Below the pieces are notes generated by a model, which worked only from the letters and a program-made list of their open reading frames with translations, had not been told where the DNA came from and ran no database searches. Positions 13,863 through 23,008 of a DNA stretch of 64,000 nt are shown here, in pieces. Numbering within the stretch: position 1 is the stretch's first letter; the number at the start of each line of letters is the position of its first letter. This DNA is from Planctomycetota bacterium (GTDB lineage Bacteria; Planctomycetota; B15-G4; SIAN01): assembly GCA_031409275.1 (NCBI GenBank), contig JANNXA010000051.1, positions 192,001-256,000 on the forward strand, read 5' to 3'. Both the position numbers and the translations under genes were made by a program.

Positions 13863-14426
13863 CTATTGCAACGCCACGCGAAGGAGATCATCGCGCATCC
13901 CGGCGAGCCGGCGTCGCGCCGACCCGTCGAGCAGCATCGATCCCACCTTCACGCGCACGCCGCCGAGCAAGGTCGCATCCACCGTCTCTTGCAGCGTGAT
14001 CTTCTTGCGAGTCAGCTCGCCGAGGCGAGCGATCAGGTCCGCGCGCGCGGTCGCGTCGAGCGGAGCAGCCGAGACGACCTCGGCCACCGCTTCGCCGCGT
14101 TGCTCGCGCAACAGCCCTGCGAACTCCTCGGCCGAGAGCGGCAGCACCCGCTCGCGGCGTCGATCGAGGAGGAAATGGAGGAAGTCGCGGGTGAGCGGCT
14201 GCGCCGTGGCTGGCAGCAACCGGTCCGCGACGCCGCGCTTCGCCGCCAACTCGACGCGCGGGTCGAGCAGCGTCGCGAGGAGGGCAGGCTCGCTCGCCAG
14301 CTTCTGCAACAAGCGCTCGAGGTCCTGCAGCACGGCATCGGCCGCACCCTGCTCGAGCGCAAGCTCGAACAGCGCGCGGACGTAGCGGCGAGCGATGGTC
14401 CGTTCGGTCACGGTGTCAGTCGCCAC
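13863..14426 (-). CDS. atpH: ATP synthase F1 delta subunit
   Basis: ARRY.RALFE, VD..LLGG..V.VG...LDGS; lies between atpF and atpA. Confidence 0.95.
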   Translation of the reverse strand: MATDTVTERTIARRYVRALFELALEQGAADAVLQDLERLLQKLASEPALLATLLDPRVELAAKRGVADRLLPATAQPLTRDFLHFLLDRRRERVLPLSAEEFAGLLREQRGEAVAEVVSAAPLDATARADLIARLGELTRKKITLQETVDATLLGGVRVKVGSMLLDGSARRRLAGMRDDLLRVALQ

Positions 14427-14943
14427 GCTTCATCAGGGCGATCGCTTCGGAGGCCAGTCGACGGTTGTCGTCCTGACCGACGTTGCGGCCCAGCACCGTC
14501 CCGGCCGCCTCGATCGAGAGATCGACGGCCAGCACGCGCATCTCCTCCATCGCCTGCTGTTTCGCGAGCGCGATCTCCTCGCGCGCGCGCACCAGCAGCT
14601 TGTCGGCCTGCGCACGGGCGTCGGCCTCGAGCTCCTTGGAGAGCTTCTCGCCGCGCGCCCGCGTCTCCTCGACGATGCGGTCCGCCTTGATGTAGGCCTC
14701 CTTCAGCTTCGCATCAGTCTCGGCCGCAGCTCGCCTCGCCTCGACCTCGGCCCGCTCCGCCTTCCCGAGCCCCTCTTCGATCTTCTTCTCGCGGGTCTCG
14801 AGCGCCGCGATCAGCGGGCGCCACGCGACCTTGGAAAGGATGAACGCGACCAGCCCGAAGACGGCCCAGGTCCAGAACAGCGTTCCGGGGTCGTACTTGA
14901 GCGGGTCCCAGTCGATGAGAAGCGAAAGTGAGCAAGCGGTCAT
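14416..14943 (-). CDS. atpF: ATP synthase F0 subunit b
   Basis: PGTLFWT..F....FIL.K.AW.P....LE.RE..I; single TM followed by coiled coil. Confidence 0.95.
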   Translation of the reverse strand: MTACSLSLLIDWDPLKYDPGTLFWTWAVFGLVAFILSKVAWRPLIAALETREKKIEEGLGKAERAEVEARRAAAETDAKLKEAYIKADRIVEETRARGEKLSKELEADARAQADKLLVRAREEIALAKQQAMEEMRVLAVDLSIEAAGTVLGRNVGQDDNRRLASEAIALMKRGD

Positions 14944-15032
14944 GCCGAGGCTCCGCGGGCCCGCCGGTCAAGGCGAGCCCAAAGCTGCGGTCGTACGGTC
15001 TGCGATCGAGCGGTGCTGGAGGACGGGTCGGA

Positions 15033-15314
15033 TCACATGAAGATCGCGAGCATGCAGGTGATGATCGCGAGCAGCGTGACGCCTTCGATGAGGGCCGCGG
15101 CGAGCAGCATGCCGCCACGGATGTCGCCGGCAGCCTCCGGCTGACGGGAGATGCCCTCCATCGCCGCCGAGGCAAGGCGCGCGATGCCGGACGCACCGCC
15201 CACGATGCAAAGGCCGGCGCCGATCGCCGCCGCGGCGTTCTTCAGGCCGAAGTTGAAGACCTCGGTCTTCGGCGCGTCCTGAACCAGGGTCACCAGCGAA
15301 ACGAGAAGGTCCAT
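15033..15314 (-). CDS. atpE: ATP synthase F0 subunit c (H+-type)
   Basis: IGAGL..GG.SG helix, RQPE loop, AAALIEG carboxylate; start ATG 15314 (or GTG 15317). Confidence 0.96.
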   Translation of the reverse strand: MDLLVSLVTLVQDAPKTEVFNFGLKNAAAAIGAGLCIVGGASGIARLASAAMEGISRQPEAAGDIRGGMLLAAALIEGVTLLAIITCMLAIFM

Positions 15315-15433
15315 CACCGAGTCTCCGTGTCCGGCGCCCTCTCGGGCGCCCGCCCATGCGCCCTCGCGGGCGCGTGCCATGCGCTCTCGCGAGCGCGTGC
15401 TTGTTTGTTGCCAGAAGTCGTCGAGCCGTCCGC

Positions 15434-16408
15434 TCAGTGCTCCGGGTGGACAGCCGCGCCGACGAAGAGGATCGAAAGGTAGGTGAAGATGTAGGCCTGA
15501 ATGAAGGCCACCAAGAGCTCGAGGAAGGTCAGGAAGACGTTGAACCCGACCCCGACCGCACCGATCGCATAGCTCTGGAACAGATAGATCAGGCCGTAGA
15601 CCGTCAGCATCGCGAGGTGGCCACCCACCATGTTCGCGAAGAGACGAATGGTGAGTGCGATCGGCTTGATGATCAGGCCGAGCACCTCGATCGGATACAT
15701 GATGCAGAGGATCGCAAGTCGCATCGCCTTCATGCCGACGCTGTCGCCGAGATGGATCGGCGGCGCGAGCCCGACGATGTAGTGGCCGAGCCCCTGCTCC
15801 TTGATCCCCCCGTAGAGGATCGCAGTGAACGTGGTCAGCGCGAGCCCGCCGGTGACCCAGAAGTTCGCCGTGGCCGTGGTCGGGAAGTGCATCGAGCGGA
15901 AGAAATCGAAGTTCGGCAGGATGCCGAACAGGTTCATCAGCAGGATGCAGAAGAACTGGGTCAGGAAGAGCGGCAGGAAGGGGCGACCGTGGTGCTCGCC
16001 GATGTTGGCGTAGACCATGTCGTTCTTGACGAACGCCACCAGCGCCTCAAGGGCGTTCTGGAGCGGGCCACGCGCGACGAGTCCGTCCGACTTGCGCTTC
16101 CGGGCGAGCCAGGTGAAGGCGATCCCGACGATTGCCGCCGCGATCAGCAGCGCGAGGTTGTGGTTGGTGAAGTGGAACGGGATCGGACCGAGCGTGAGGT
16201 AGGGCTCGTGGGTGTACGGGTGAGCGAAGAGGTGCTCGTAGATGCCCGTCATCATCTCGGCCGACGGCATCGCCTCGGCGGCAGCGTGACCCGCCGCCTC
16301 GACCGCCCCGTGGCCACCCTCGTGCTGGGCACCTTCGCCCGCAACGGTGAGGAGCGGGAGCGCCGGCGCGAGGATCTGGGTGAAGAGCGCGGTCGCGAGC
16401 TGGATCAC
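15434..16408 (-). CDS. atpB: ATP synthase F0 subunit a
   Basis: QNALE, N.FG..P, TATAN, KPIALTIRLFANM..GH, LELLVAFIQAYIF..L. Confidence 0.97.
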   Translation of the reverse strand: MIQLATALFTQILAPALPLLTVAGEGAQHEGGHGAVEAAGHAAAEAMPSAEMMTGIYEHLFAHPYTHEPYLTLGPIPFHFTNHNLALLIAAAIVGIAFTWLARKRKSDGLVARGPLQNALEALVAFVKNDMVYANIGEHHGRPFLPLFLTQFFCILLMNLFGILPNFDFFRSMHFPTTATANFWVTGGLALTTFTAILYGGIKEQGLGHYIVGLAPPIHLGDSVGMKAMRLAILCIMYPIEVLGLIIKPIALTIRLFANMVGGHLAMLTVYGLIYLFQSYAIGAVGVGFNVFLTFLELLVAFIQAYIFTYLSILFVGAAVHPEH

Positions 16409-16701
16409 CCTTTCATCTCCTGTTTCCGACCGCGCGAAGCCCGGAAGAGTCGCAAGCCGTCGACCACGGCAGCCGCGAACGATGCCGCGCCGACCGTGAA
16501 AACCAACGCGATGCGATGCTCCGTACCGCTCACCAACAGGAGCACGACCAGGAGCACCACGAGGAACAGTCGCACTCCCATTGCTGCGAGGTGCGCTTTC
16601 TCTCGAGTCATTTGCAAGACGCGCGCCACGACGCTCGTCGTCCCGAAGAACAGCGCCATCGTGAGCGCGGCCACGAACACGATCTGCAGCAGCAACGTCA
16701 T
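16405..16701 (-). CDS. atpI: ATP synthase protein I-like small membrane protein
   Basis: 98 aa with about three hydrophobic segments; overlaps atpB by 4 nt; called mainly by position. Confidence 0.6.
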   Translation of the reverse strand: MTLLLQIVFVAALTMALFFGTTSVVARVLQMTREKAHLAAMGVRLFLVVLLVVLLLVSGTEHRIALVFTVGAASFAAAVVDGLRLFRASRGRKQEMKG

Positions 16702-16964
16702 CTGCCCGTCCCGTCGCCCCCGCTGTCCCGCCGCCGCTCGCTGCGTTCCAGCGCCTGCAACGTCCGGATCACCGCCACGCCCCCCGCCACTCCGCCGAGG
16801 AGGCCGAGCGCCACCGTGAAGACGATCGGCCGGAAGCCAAGCGCCCGGTCGAGCGCCAGACCACCTAGAACTCCAGCCACCACGGCGACGGCAAAGCCGC
16901 TGCCGAGTGCGCTCGCGACCGCGAAGCCGCGAGCCATCGCCTGCAACGACCGCGTCGGGCCCAT
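16698..16964 (-). CDS. AtpZ/AtpI family (ATPase gene 1) membrane protein
   Basis: G...G..LDR..G..P.F....LG motif with two TM helices; first gene of the atp operon. Confidence 0.8.
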   Translation of the reverse strand: MGPTRSLQAMARGFAVASALGSGFAVAVVAGVLGGLALDRALGFRPIVFTVALGLLGGVAGGVAVIRTLQALERSERRRDSGGDGTGR

Positions 16965-17006
16965 CACCACCCTTCCGCGAATCGATCCAAACCCAGAAGG
17001 GGCGGG

Positions 17007-17036
17007 ACGATAGCGACGGGCGACCCTGCGAGGCAA
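17007..17036 (-). promoter_or_regulatory. Possible sigma70 promoter of the atp operon
   Basis: TTGCCT-N18-TATCGT on the minus strand about 45 nt upstream of the first atp gene. Confidence 0.4.
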
Positions 17037-17171
17037 CGCCGCGCCGCCCGCGTGCGGAGGGCAAGGAGTTCCTCCCCGGCGCTTCCGACGGAAAACTGTC
17101 GGAACCGGCGGGCGCCTCGCTCTTACCTTTCACCGTCGGGACGGCGCGCGACGCGCCCCACGAAAGGCGGC

Positions 17172-17762
17172 ATGGACGACCTCGACCTCGCAACCCTCGA
17201 ACTGGCCCGCGCCGGCGACCTCGACGCGTATCGGGCCTTCGTGAAAGCGTACGAGCGCCCGATCCACCACACCGTGTGGCGTCTCGTCGGCAGTCGCTTC
17301 TCCGCCGAGGTCGAGGACATCTCGCAGGACATCTTCATCAAGCTATTCCGCGCGCTGCCGCAGTTCGACCTGGCGCGCGGAACGAAGCTGTCGAGCTGGG
17401 TCTTCACCTTCGTCAAGAACTACTGCTTCGACGTGCTGAAGCGGCGACGGCTGCCGACCATCTCGCTCGATGCCGGGGAGGACGGCGGAACGCTGCCCAT
17501 CGCCTCCCGTACGCGCAGCCCCGGAGACGAACTGTCGACGCGCGAAGTGCAGGATGCCATCGCCCGCGCGGTCGACCTGCTCCCGCGCGAGCAGAAGCTC
17601 GCCTTCGTGCTGCGCGAGTACGAGGGGCTCGCCTACGCCGAGATCGCCACCATCTCGTGCTGCTCCGAAGGCACCATCAAGTCGCGAATCCACCGCGCGA
17701 AGGAAGCGCTTCGCTTCCGCTTGCGCCATCTGCTCTTCGATCTCGAAGGAGAGCACTCGTGA
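17172..17762 (+). CDS. ECF RNA polymerase sigma factor
   Basis: A..GD..A....V..Y, EDISQD.FIK, SSW.....KNYCFD.L, LP......FVLRE.EGL.Y.EIA......GTIKSRIHRA; ATG 17172 after AAAGG. Confidence 0.95.
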   Translation: MDDLDLATLELARAGDLDAYRAFVKAYERPIHHTVWRLVGSRFSAEVEDISQDIFIKLFRALPQFDLARGTKLSSWVFTFVKNYCFDVLKRRRLPTISLDAGEDGGTLPIASRTRSPGDELSTREVQDAIARAVDLLPREQKLAFVLREYEGLAYAEIATISCCSEGTIKSRIHRAKEALRFRLRHLLFDLEGEHS

Positions 17763-18565
17763 GTCGTCTACCCCCCGCCATGAATTGCGACCTCTTCCGC
17801 CAGCAGATCCACTTCCGCCACGAGATCGAGCCCGCGATGCGTGCCGCGTTCGATCTCCACGCCACTGGCTGCGTGCGCTGCCATGAATGGCTGCTCGAGA
17901 GCGAGCGGCTCGACGACCTGCTGTTGCAGTGGCGGGCGCCCGCGCCCTCCGTGCGCAGCGGCGGCGAGTTCGCCGACGGAGTGCTGCGCGGCGTGCGCGG
18001 CGAAGGGCCGATCGCTGGATGCGCCGAAACGACGGCGTCGCTCCACCACCTGCTGGCCGGCGACCTCGAGCCGTGGCTCGCGGCACGCGTCGAGCGCCAC
18101 CTCGAACAGTGCCGCGACTGCTCCGAGCACCGCGACGAAGCGCGTCAGTCGCGATCGCTGTGGCTGGCATGGAGCGCGCCCGATCCCTCCGAGAGCTTCG
18201 CCGATCGACTGATCCGCCGGCTCGAGCCGGAGACGCGCGCGGCGCGCCGCCGGCGGGCGCTCGTCGAGTGGGCGTTCGGGCCGATCCATGTGCCGCGCGC
18301 GGCGGCGGCGCTGGTGCTCACGTCGATCACGCTCCTTTCGCTCGGATTGCTGCAATCGCGCCAGGGCGGCGCCAACCGTACGCCGCCGGACATCCGCGCC
18401 GGCACGGACACCGGCACGCTGCCGATCCGCCACGCCGTCGTCCCGATCGAACCGGCGCAGTTCGCGCCCGGTGGCCGCGGCGACCCGACCGGCAGCCTCT
18501 CGCGCGACGTCCGTCGCCATCGCGACGGCACCTTGCGTTCGACCTTGAGCGGTGGAGAGAAGTAA
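17759..18565 (+). CDS. Membrane-anchored anti-sigma factor with two zf-HC2 (ZAS) domains
   Basis: HATGCVRC and HLEQCRDC HxxxCxxC motifs, then a TM helix. GTG overlaps the sigma stop (GTGA) with a GAAGGAG SD; alternative ATG at 17780. Confidence 0.85.
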   Translation: MSRLPPAMNCDLFRQQIHFRHEIEPAMRAAFDLHATGCVRCHEWLLESERLDDLLLQWRAPAPSVRSGGEFADGVLRGVRGEGPIAGCAETTASLHHLLAGDLEPWLAARVERHLEQCRDCSEHRDEARQSRSLWLAWSAPDPSESFADRLIRRLEPETRAARRRRALVEWAFGPIHVPRAAAALVLTSITLLSLGLLQSRQGGANRTPPDIRAGTDTGTLPIRHAVVPIEPAQFAPGGRGDPTGSLSRDVRRHRDGTLRSTLSGGEK

Positions 18566-18569
18566 GCGA

Positions 18570-20078
18570 ATGGTCTCCGTGCTGCTCAGTTTCTGGATGG
18601 CGCTCGCGAATCCGGAATGGATCACGAGCGCGTTCGACGATGAGCCGCCGACCAGCGGCGTCGTCACGCGCCAGGTCGCCGACCCGGTCGACGTCGCTCG
18701 CGTCGAGGAGTTGGTGCGGCGCCACGACGCCGCGATCCTCGGCCGCGACCGCGCGAGCGCCGCCGCCGATTTCGCCGACGGCTTCGAATCGAGCGACTTC
18801 CACTGCCGCAACGCGCAGGAACTGCTCGACCGCTTCGACGCCTTCGTCGTCGCGAATCGCGACCTGCAGTTCGAGAGCAAGGTCCTGCAGACGGAACGGG
18901 TCGGCGGCTTCCTCGTCGCCGACGTCCAGCGCACGGTCAAGGCGACCTGCAACGAGAGCGGCGCGTCGGTCGAAGAGACCGCGTGCGAGACGCTGGTGAT
19001 CGACGCGCGCGGCGAGCGATTGCGGATTCGCGGCCTGTTCGAGAACGAGTCGAGCAAGTCGGCGCGCCTCGATCGGGTGCGACGCCGCTACGACGGTGGC
19101 GATGCGCTGCTCTACAGCGTCGCGCTACCGGAGCCGTTCGTGCCGGTACCGCGGACGCCGCCGGGAGCCGCGCTCGACGACCTGCTGCTCCTCGACCCGG
19201 CGCACGACGCCCAGCTCGGACTGATGCTGTTCGACCCGACGCTCGATCAGTCGCTCGGCGACCTGCTCTTCAGCGACCTCGCCGGCCCCACCGCGAAGTT
19301 CCTGATCGAGCCGGCGCGCTTCGAGCGTGCGCCCCCGGCGTTCAGCCAGGCGCAGGTCGCCGAGGTCGAGTACGCGCCGGGCGCCGACGCCCCTGATGCT
19401 CCGACGTTCCGCGAACGGGCGATCTACCTGTCGCCCGACGGTCGCATGATTTTCGCGGCCTGGGTGCGAGCACCGGTGGCGCACTTCGAAGCGGTGAAGG
19501 GGAAGGTCGACCAGCTGGCGCGCTCGCTGCGACTCGCCGACGTGCGACCCGGCCGCCCCTATTCCACCGCGCTGCTCGACGCCAACCCGCGCTGGAAGAC
19601 CTTCACTGACGGCATCTTCCGACCCGACGCCGCGCCGATCGACCTCGTCCTGCCGACCGGCCTGGCCGCGACGCCACTGCTCGGCGATCACATCCTGCGC
19701 CTGCGGTTGCGGCTGCTGGACGACCCGAACTCGACGATCATCGTGCGCGTCTTCCCGCGCGGGGAGGGGCGCATCTCGGCGCAGTCGATCCTCGAGAAGT
19801 CGGTCGCGCGAATGGTGCAGTTCGCGTGCGCCGAAGGGGCCGGCGGCGACAGCAAGCGCGAAGAAGGCTTTGTCGACGTCCTGGGTGCCCACGGCGACTG
19901 GCGCGGCGTCGAGATCCGCTGCCAGGACGGTTCGCGACGCAGCTATCAGATCGTCGCCGTCGACCACGCCGACTGCCATGTGCAAGTGCAGATGCTGCCG
20001 GGATCGAGCCAGCAGCAACTGCAGGCGGCGGCGTTGCGGCGAGTGCTCGAAGGGTTGCGCGTGCGACCCGACCGCTGA
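18570..20078 (+). CDS. Exported hypothetical protein (possible N-terminal NTF2/SnoaL-like domain)
   Basis: Short hydrophobic N-terminus; starts 4 nt after the anti-sigma stop; coding-like GC3; fold guess only. Confidence 0.7.
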   Translation: MVSVLLSFWMALANPEWITSAFDDEPPTSGVVTRQVADPVDVARVEELVRRHDAAILGRDRASAAADFADGFESSDFHCRNAQELLDRFDAFVVANRDLQFESKVLQTERVGGFLVADVQRTVKATCNESGASVEETACETLVIDARGERLRIRGLFENESSKSARLDRVRRRYDGGDALLYSVALPEPFVPVPRTPPGAALDDLLLLDPAHDAQLGLMLFDPTLDQSLGDLLFSDLAGPTAKFLIEPARFERAPPAFSQAQVAEVEYAPGADAPDAPTFRERAIYLSPDGRMIFAAWVRAPVAHFEAVKGKVDQLARSLRLADVRPGRPYSTALLDANPRWKTFTDGIFRPDAAPIDLVLPTGLAATPLLGDHILRLRLRLLDDPNSTIIVRVFPRGEGRISAQSILEKSVARMVQFACAEGAGGDSKREEGFVDVLGAHGDWRGVEIRCQDGSRRSYQIVAVDHADCHVQVQMLPGSSQQQLQAAALRRVLEGLRVRPDR

Positions 20079-20120
20079 GGTCACCGGCGCGCCAAGGCGC
20101 CTCGATTCGGCGAGGCGCGG

Positions 20121-20591
20121 TCAGCCGCCCTTCTTCTTGCGCGCCTCGAGTTCGGCCCGTTTCGCTTCGTCGGCCGCGATCGCGGCCTCGAGCGCCGCGT
20201 TCTCCTGCTGCAACTGCTCGAGGCGAGCCTTGCCCTCGGACTGCGCTTTCGTCGCGCTGTCGATGGCACGCCCGGTGGCGGCCTGCTCGTCGCCGAGCTT
20301 GCGCACCTGGTCGCGCATCGTCTGCAGGGCCGTGAGGCGTTCGCGGTGCTCGGCGGCGAGCCCCTCTTCGGCGGCGATCAGTTCGCCGATCCGCGCCTCG
20401 AGCAGGCGGGCGTGGAGCACCTCCTCCGCGTGCCGATCGCGCAACTGCTCGACGGCGGCCTTCGAATTCGAAGCGCGGATGACGGCGAAGACTTCCGGTT
20501 CCGGCGGCGGATCCGATTCGGGCGCCGGCCCCGTGGAGAGCGGGGTGCAGGCGACGGCGAAGAGCAGAACCAGCGGCAGGCAGCGATGCAT
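20121..20591 (-). CDS. Coiled-coil lipoprotein
   Basis: MHRCLPLVLLFAVA-C lipobox, Pro-rich linker, long E/A/R/Q heptad region. Confidence 0.7.
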   Translation of the reverse strand: MHRCLPLVLLFAVACTPLSTGPAPESDPPPEPEVFAVIRASNSKAAVEQLRDRHAEEVLHARLLEARIGELIAAEEGLAAEHRERLTALQTMRDQVRKLGDEQAATGRAIDSATKAQSEGKARLEQLQQENAALEAAIAADEAKRAELEARKKKGG

Positions 20592-20715
20592 GCGGAAGCC
20601 CCAGCCTTGACCGGGAAGCGGTTGCCTCGGCGAGGCCGCGATGCTAACCGCCTCGACCGCTATGCTCGCCCCCCCTTTCCGACACCCCCTCCACAGATTC
20701 GAGAGAGCGAGCGCG

Positions 20716-21192
20716 ATGATCGAACGCACCCTCATCATCCTGAAGCCCGATGCCATCCAGCGCGGCCTGTCCGGCCGCATCCTCACGCGGTTCGAGGAGA
20801 AGGGGCTGAAGGTGGTCGCGGCCAAGTTCACGGTCCTGCCGCGCGCCCTCGTCGAGAAGCACTACGAGCCGCACAAGAGCAAGCCGTTCTATCCCGGTCT
20901 CGTCGACTACATGTCGAAGGGCCCCGTGCTCGTGCTCTGCTTCGAGGGACCGTTCTGCATCGAGGCGTCGCGCAAGCTGATGGGTGCCACGTTCGGATAC
21001 AAGGCCGAGCCCGGCACGATCCGCGGCGACTTCACCGCAAGCAAGGGCATGAACCTCGTGCATGGCTCCGACAGCGTCGAGTCGGCCACGCGCGAAGTCG
21101 CGCTGTTCTTCAAGCCCGAGGAGTTGGTGAACTATGAGCTGCAGAACGCGCCGTGGATGTGCAGCGACGAAGATCGCAAGTCGGCGAGCTGA
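20716..21192 (+). CDS. ndk: Nucleoside diphosphate kinase
   Basis: ERTL.ILKPDA.QRGL.G.I..RFE.KG, HY..H..KPF, GTIRGDF, NLVHGSDS. Confidence 0.98.
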   Translation: MIERTLIILKPDAIQRGLSGRILTRFEEKGLKVVAAKFTVLPRALVEKHYEPHKSKPFYPGLVDYMSKGPVLVLCFEGPFCIEASRKLMGATFGYKAEPGTIRGDFTASKGMNLVHGSDSVESATREVALFFKPEELVNYELQNAPWMCSDEDRKSAS

Positions 21193-22183
21193 GCCGCCGA
21201 TCCGCTCGCGCCGACTCGCTCGACTCCTTCTCCTGCTCTGCCTCCCGCTGGGCCTCCCGCTGGGCTTCTCGCTGGCGGGCTGCCTGTCGCAGGAGGAGGA
21301 GAATCGCGTCATCACGCATCAGGTCAGCTCGAAGGCGTTCTACGAAGTCGGCGACTTCGCGCGCGCCGAAGACCAATGCCGACGCGGCCTGGCCATCGAC
21401 GATGGCAACGAGAACCTGCAGCTCATGCTCGGCTACGCGCTGCTGCGCCAGGCCGACCGCGCCAAGATCGAGGAAGCGGTCACGCGCTTCGCAGCCCAGT
21501 CGGGGCCATTCGGCGCGGACGATTGGCGCGTCGATCTCGGCTACGGCATGTCGCTGCAGCAACTCGCCCGCCTGTGCGCCGAGGACCCGGCGCCCGCCCA
21601 GAAGGAGCGCGTTGCCGAGCTGCGCGAGAACGCGCGTGAAACGCTCGAGCGCGCCGCGAACGCCTCTGCCGCCAAGAACAACACGCCTGCCGACGTGCCC
21701 TTCCACCTTTCGCTGCTCGACCTCGAGGAGGGCAAGCTCGAACTGTTCCATCGCCACGCCATCGACGCGATGGCCAAGCTCGAGACGCAGGAGAAGGTCT
21801 TCGCCGCCCAGCTTTCGCAGCAGATGGGCGAGACCGAGCGGCAGCGCACCGATCGCGACCGCGCGGTCAACGCGTCGCGCGGCCGTCGGCTGGCACGCGA
21901 GCTGGCCCGCGTGAGCTGGGACCAGAAGGACCACGCGACGGCCTCGATGGCGATGGAGAAACTCGAGCGCTTCGGAGCGCTCGACCGCGCCGACTACTTC
22001 ACGCGCGCGCGCATCCGCGAGGAGCTCGGGGACGACGAGCGCGCCGTGGCCGACTACTCGAAGTTCATCGAGCTCTCGCCCGACCAGGTCGACGACACGG
22101 TCGGACGCGCGGTGACCGCGTTGACGCGGCTGCGGTCGCGACTCGCGGAGAAGCGCACCGCCACGCCGCCCGGAGGATCATGA
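21134..22183 (+). CDS. TPR-containing lipoprotein (start uncertain)
   Basis: RRLARLLLLL...SLAG-C lipobox; TPR-like helices; stop overlaps rnpA start (ATGA). The only canonical start lies 59 nt inside ndk. Confidence 0.75.
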   Translation: MSCRTRRGCAATKIASRRAEPPIRSRRLARLLLLLCLPLGLPLGFSLAGCLSQEEENRVITHQVSSKAFYEVGDFARAEDQCRRGLAIDDGNENLQLMLGYALLRQADRAKIEEAVTRFAAQSGPFGADDWRVDLGYGMSLQQLARLCAEDPAPAQKERVAELRENARETLERAANASAAKNNTPADVPFHLSLLDLEEGKLELFHRHAIDAMAKLETQEKVFAAQLSQQMGETERQRTDRDRAVNASRGRRLARELARVSWDQKDHATASMAMEKLERFGALDRADYFTRARIREELGDDERAVADYSKFIELSPDQVDDTVGRAVTALTRLRSRLAEKRTATPPGGS

Positions 22184-22599
22184 ACGCTCCCGCGGACTTC
22201 CGCTTCCGCCGCGAGGATCGGGTGCTGCACAAGTCGGAGTTCGACCTCGCATTCGCCGCCGGATGGCGCGCCTTCGCGCAGGGACTCGTGATCTACCTGC
22301 GGGACGCCGACCTGGGCCGCCCGCGCATCGGACTCGTGACGTCACGGAAGTTCGGCAACGCCGTCCACCGCAATCGCGCGCGCCGATTGCTCCGCGAAGC
22401 GTTCCGCCTCGAGCGTGCGCAGCTGCCGCCGCTCGACATCGTGGCGCTGCCGCAGCCGGGACGCTTCCCCGACAGTTGCGCGAAGGTGCGGCGCGCCTTG
22501 CTGGAAGCGGTCGCGCGCGCGCGCAAGGCGACGCCGCGTCCGCGGCCGGTCGAAGCGAAGCCAGGCTCGTCCGCGAGCGGCGCCGGATCCGAGTCGTGA
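22180..22599 (+). CDS. rnpA: Ribonuclease P protein component
   Basis: F....R.....EF...F, RIGLVTSRKFGNAVHRNRARRLLREAFR (RNR motif). Confidence 0.95.
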   Translation: MNAPADFRFRREDRVLHKSEFDLAFAAGWRAFAQGLVIYLRDADLGRPRIGLVTSRKFGNAVHRNRARRLLREAFRLERAQLPPLDIVALPQPGRFPDSCAKVRRALLEAVARARKATPRPRPVEAKPGSSASGAGSES

Positions 22600-22826
22600 A
22601 GCGGCTGCTGCTGGCAACCGTGAGCCTCTACCAACGCACGCTTTCGTTGGTGATTCCGGTGCAGTGCCGCTTCTATCCGTCGTGCTCGTGCTACTTCCAC
22701 GAGGCCGTCGAACGCCACGGCGTGCTGCGCGGCAGCGCGCTCGGGATCTGGCGGGTGCTGCGTTGCCAGCCCTTCGGCGGATCGGGCTACGACCCGGTCG
22801 CGGAACGAAACGACGGGCAGAAGTAG
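22596..22826 (+). CDS. yidD: Membrane protein insertion efficiency factor YidD
   Basis: YQR.LS, CRFYPSCS.Y..EA...HG...G.....WR.LRC.PF...GYDPV; GTG overlaps the rnpA stop. Confidence 0.95.
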   Translation: MKRLLLATVSLYQRTLSLVIPVQCRFYPSCSCYFHEAVERHGVLRGSALGIWRVLRCQPFGGSGYDPVAERNDGQK

Positions 22827-22833
22827 CCGTTAG

Positions 22834-23008
22834 CCCGCTTGATTCACGAGCCCCGTCGCGAGGCGACGGGATGTCGGCGCAAGACGAGGAGGGAAATCGC
22901 GGCTCCGACGATGCGGGTCTGCCGACCCGCTGAGGAAGGAACGCGGTTCTCGGACGACGTCGTGCGTCGACAGACCGAGCCACTGCAGGGGCTCGTGAAT
23001 CAAGCGGG
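22834..23008. mobile_element. MITE, 175 bp, with 21-bp perfect TIRs and a 4-bp TTAG target duplication
   Basis: CCCGCTTGATTCACGAGCCCC (22834-22854) and its exact reverse complement (22988-23008); TTAG at 22830-22833 and 23009-23012; no transposase inside. Confidence 0.85.
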
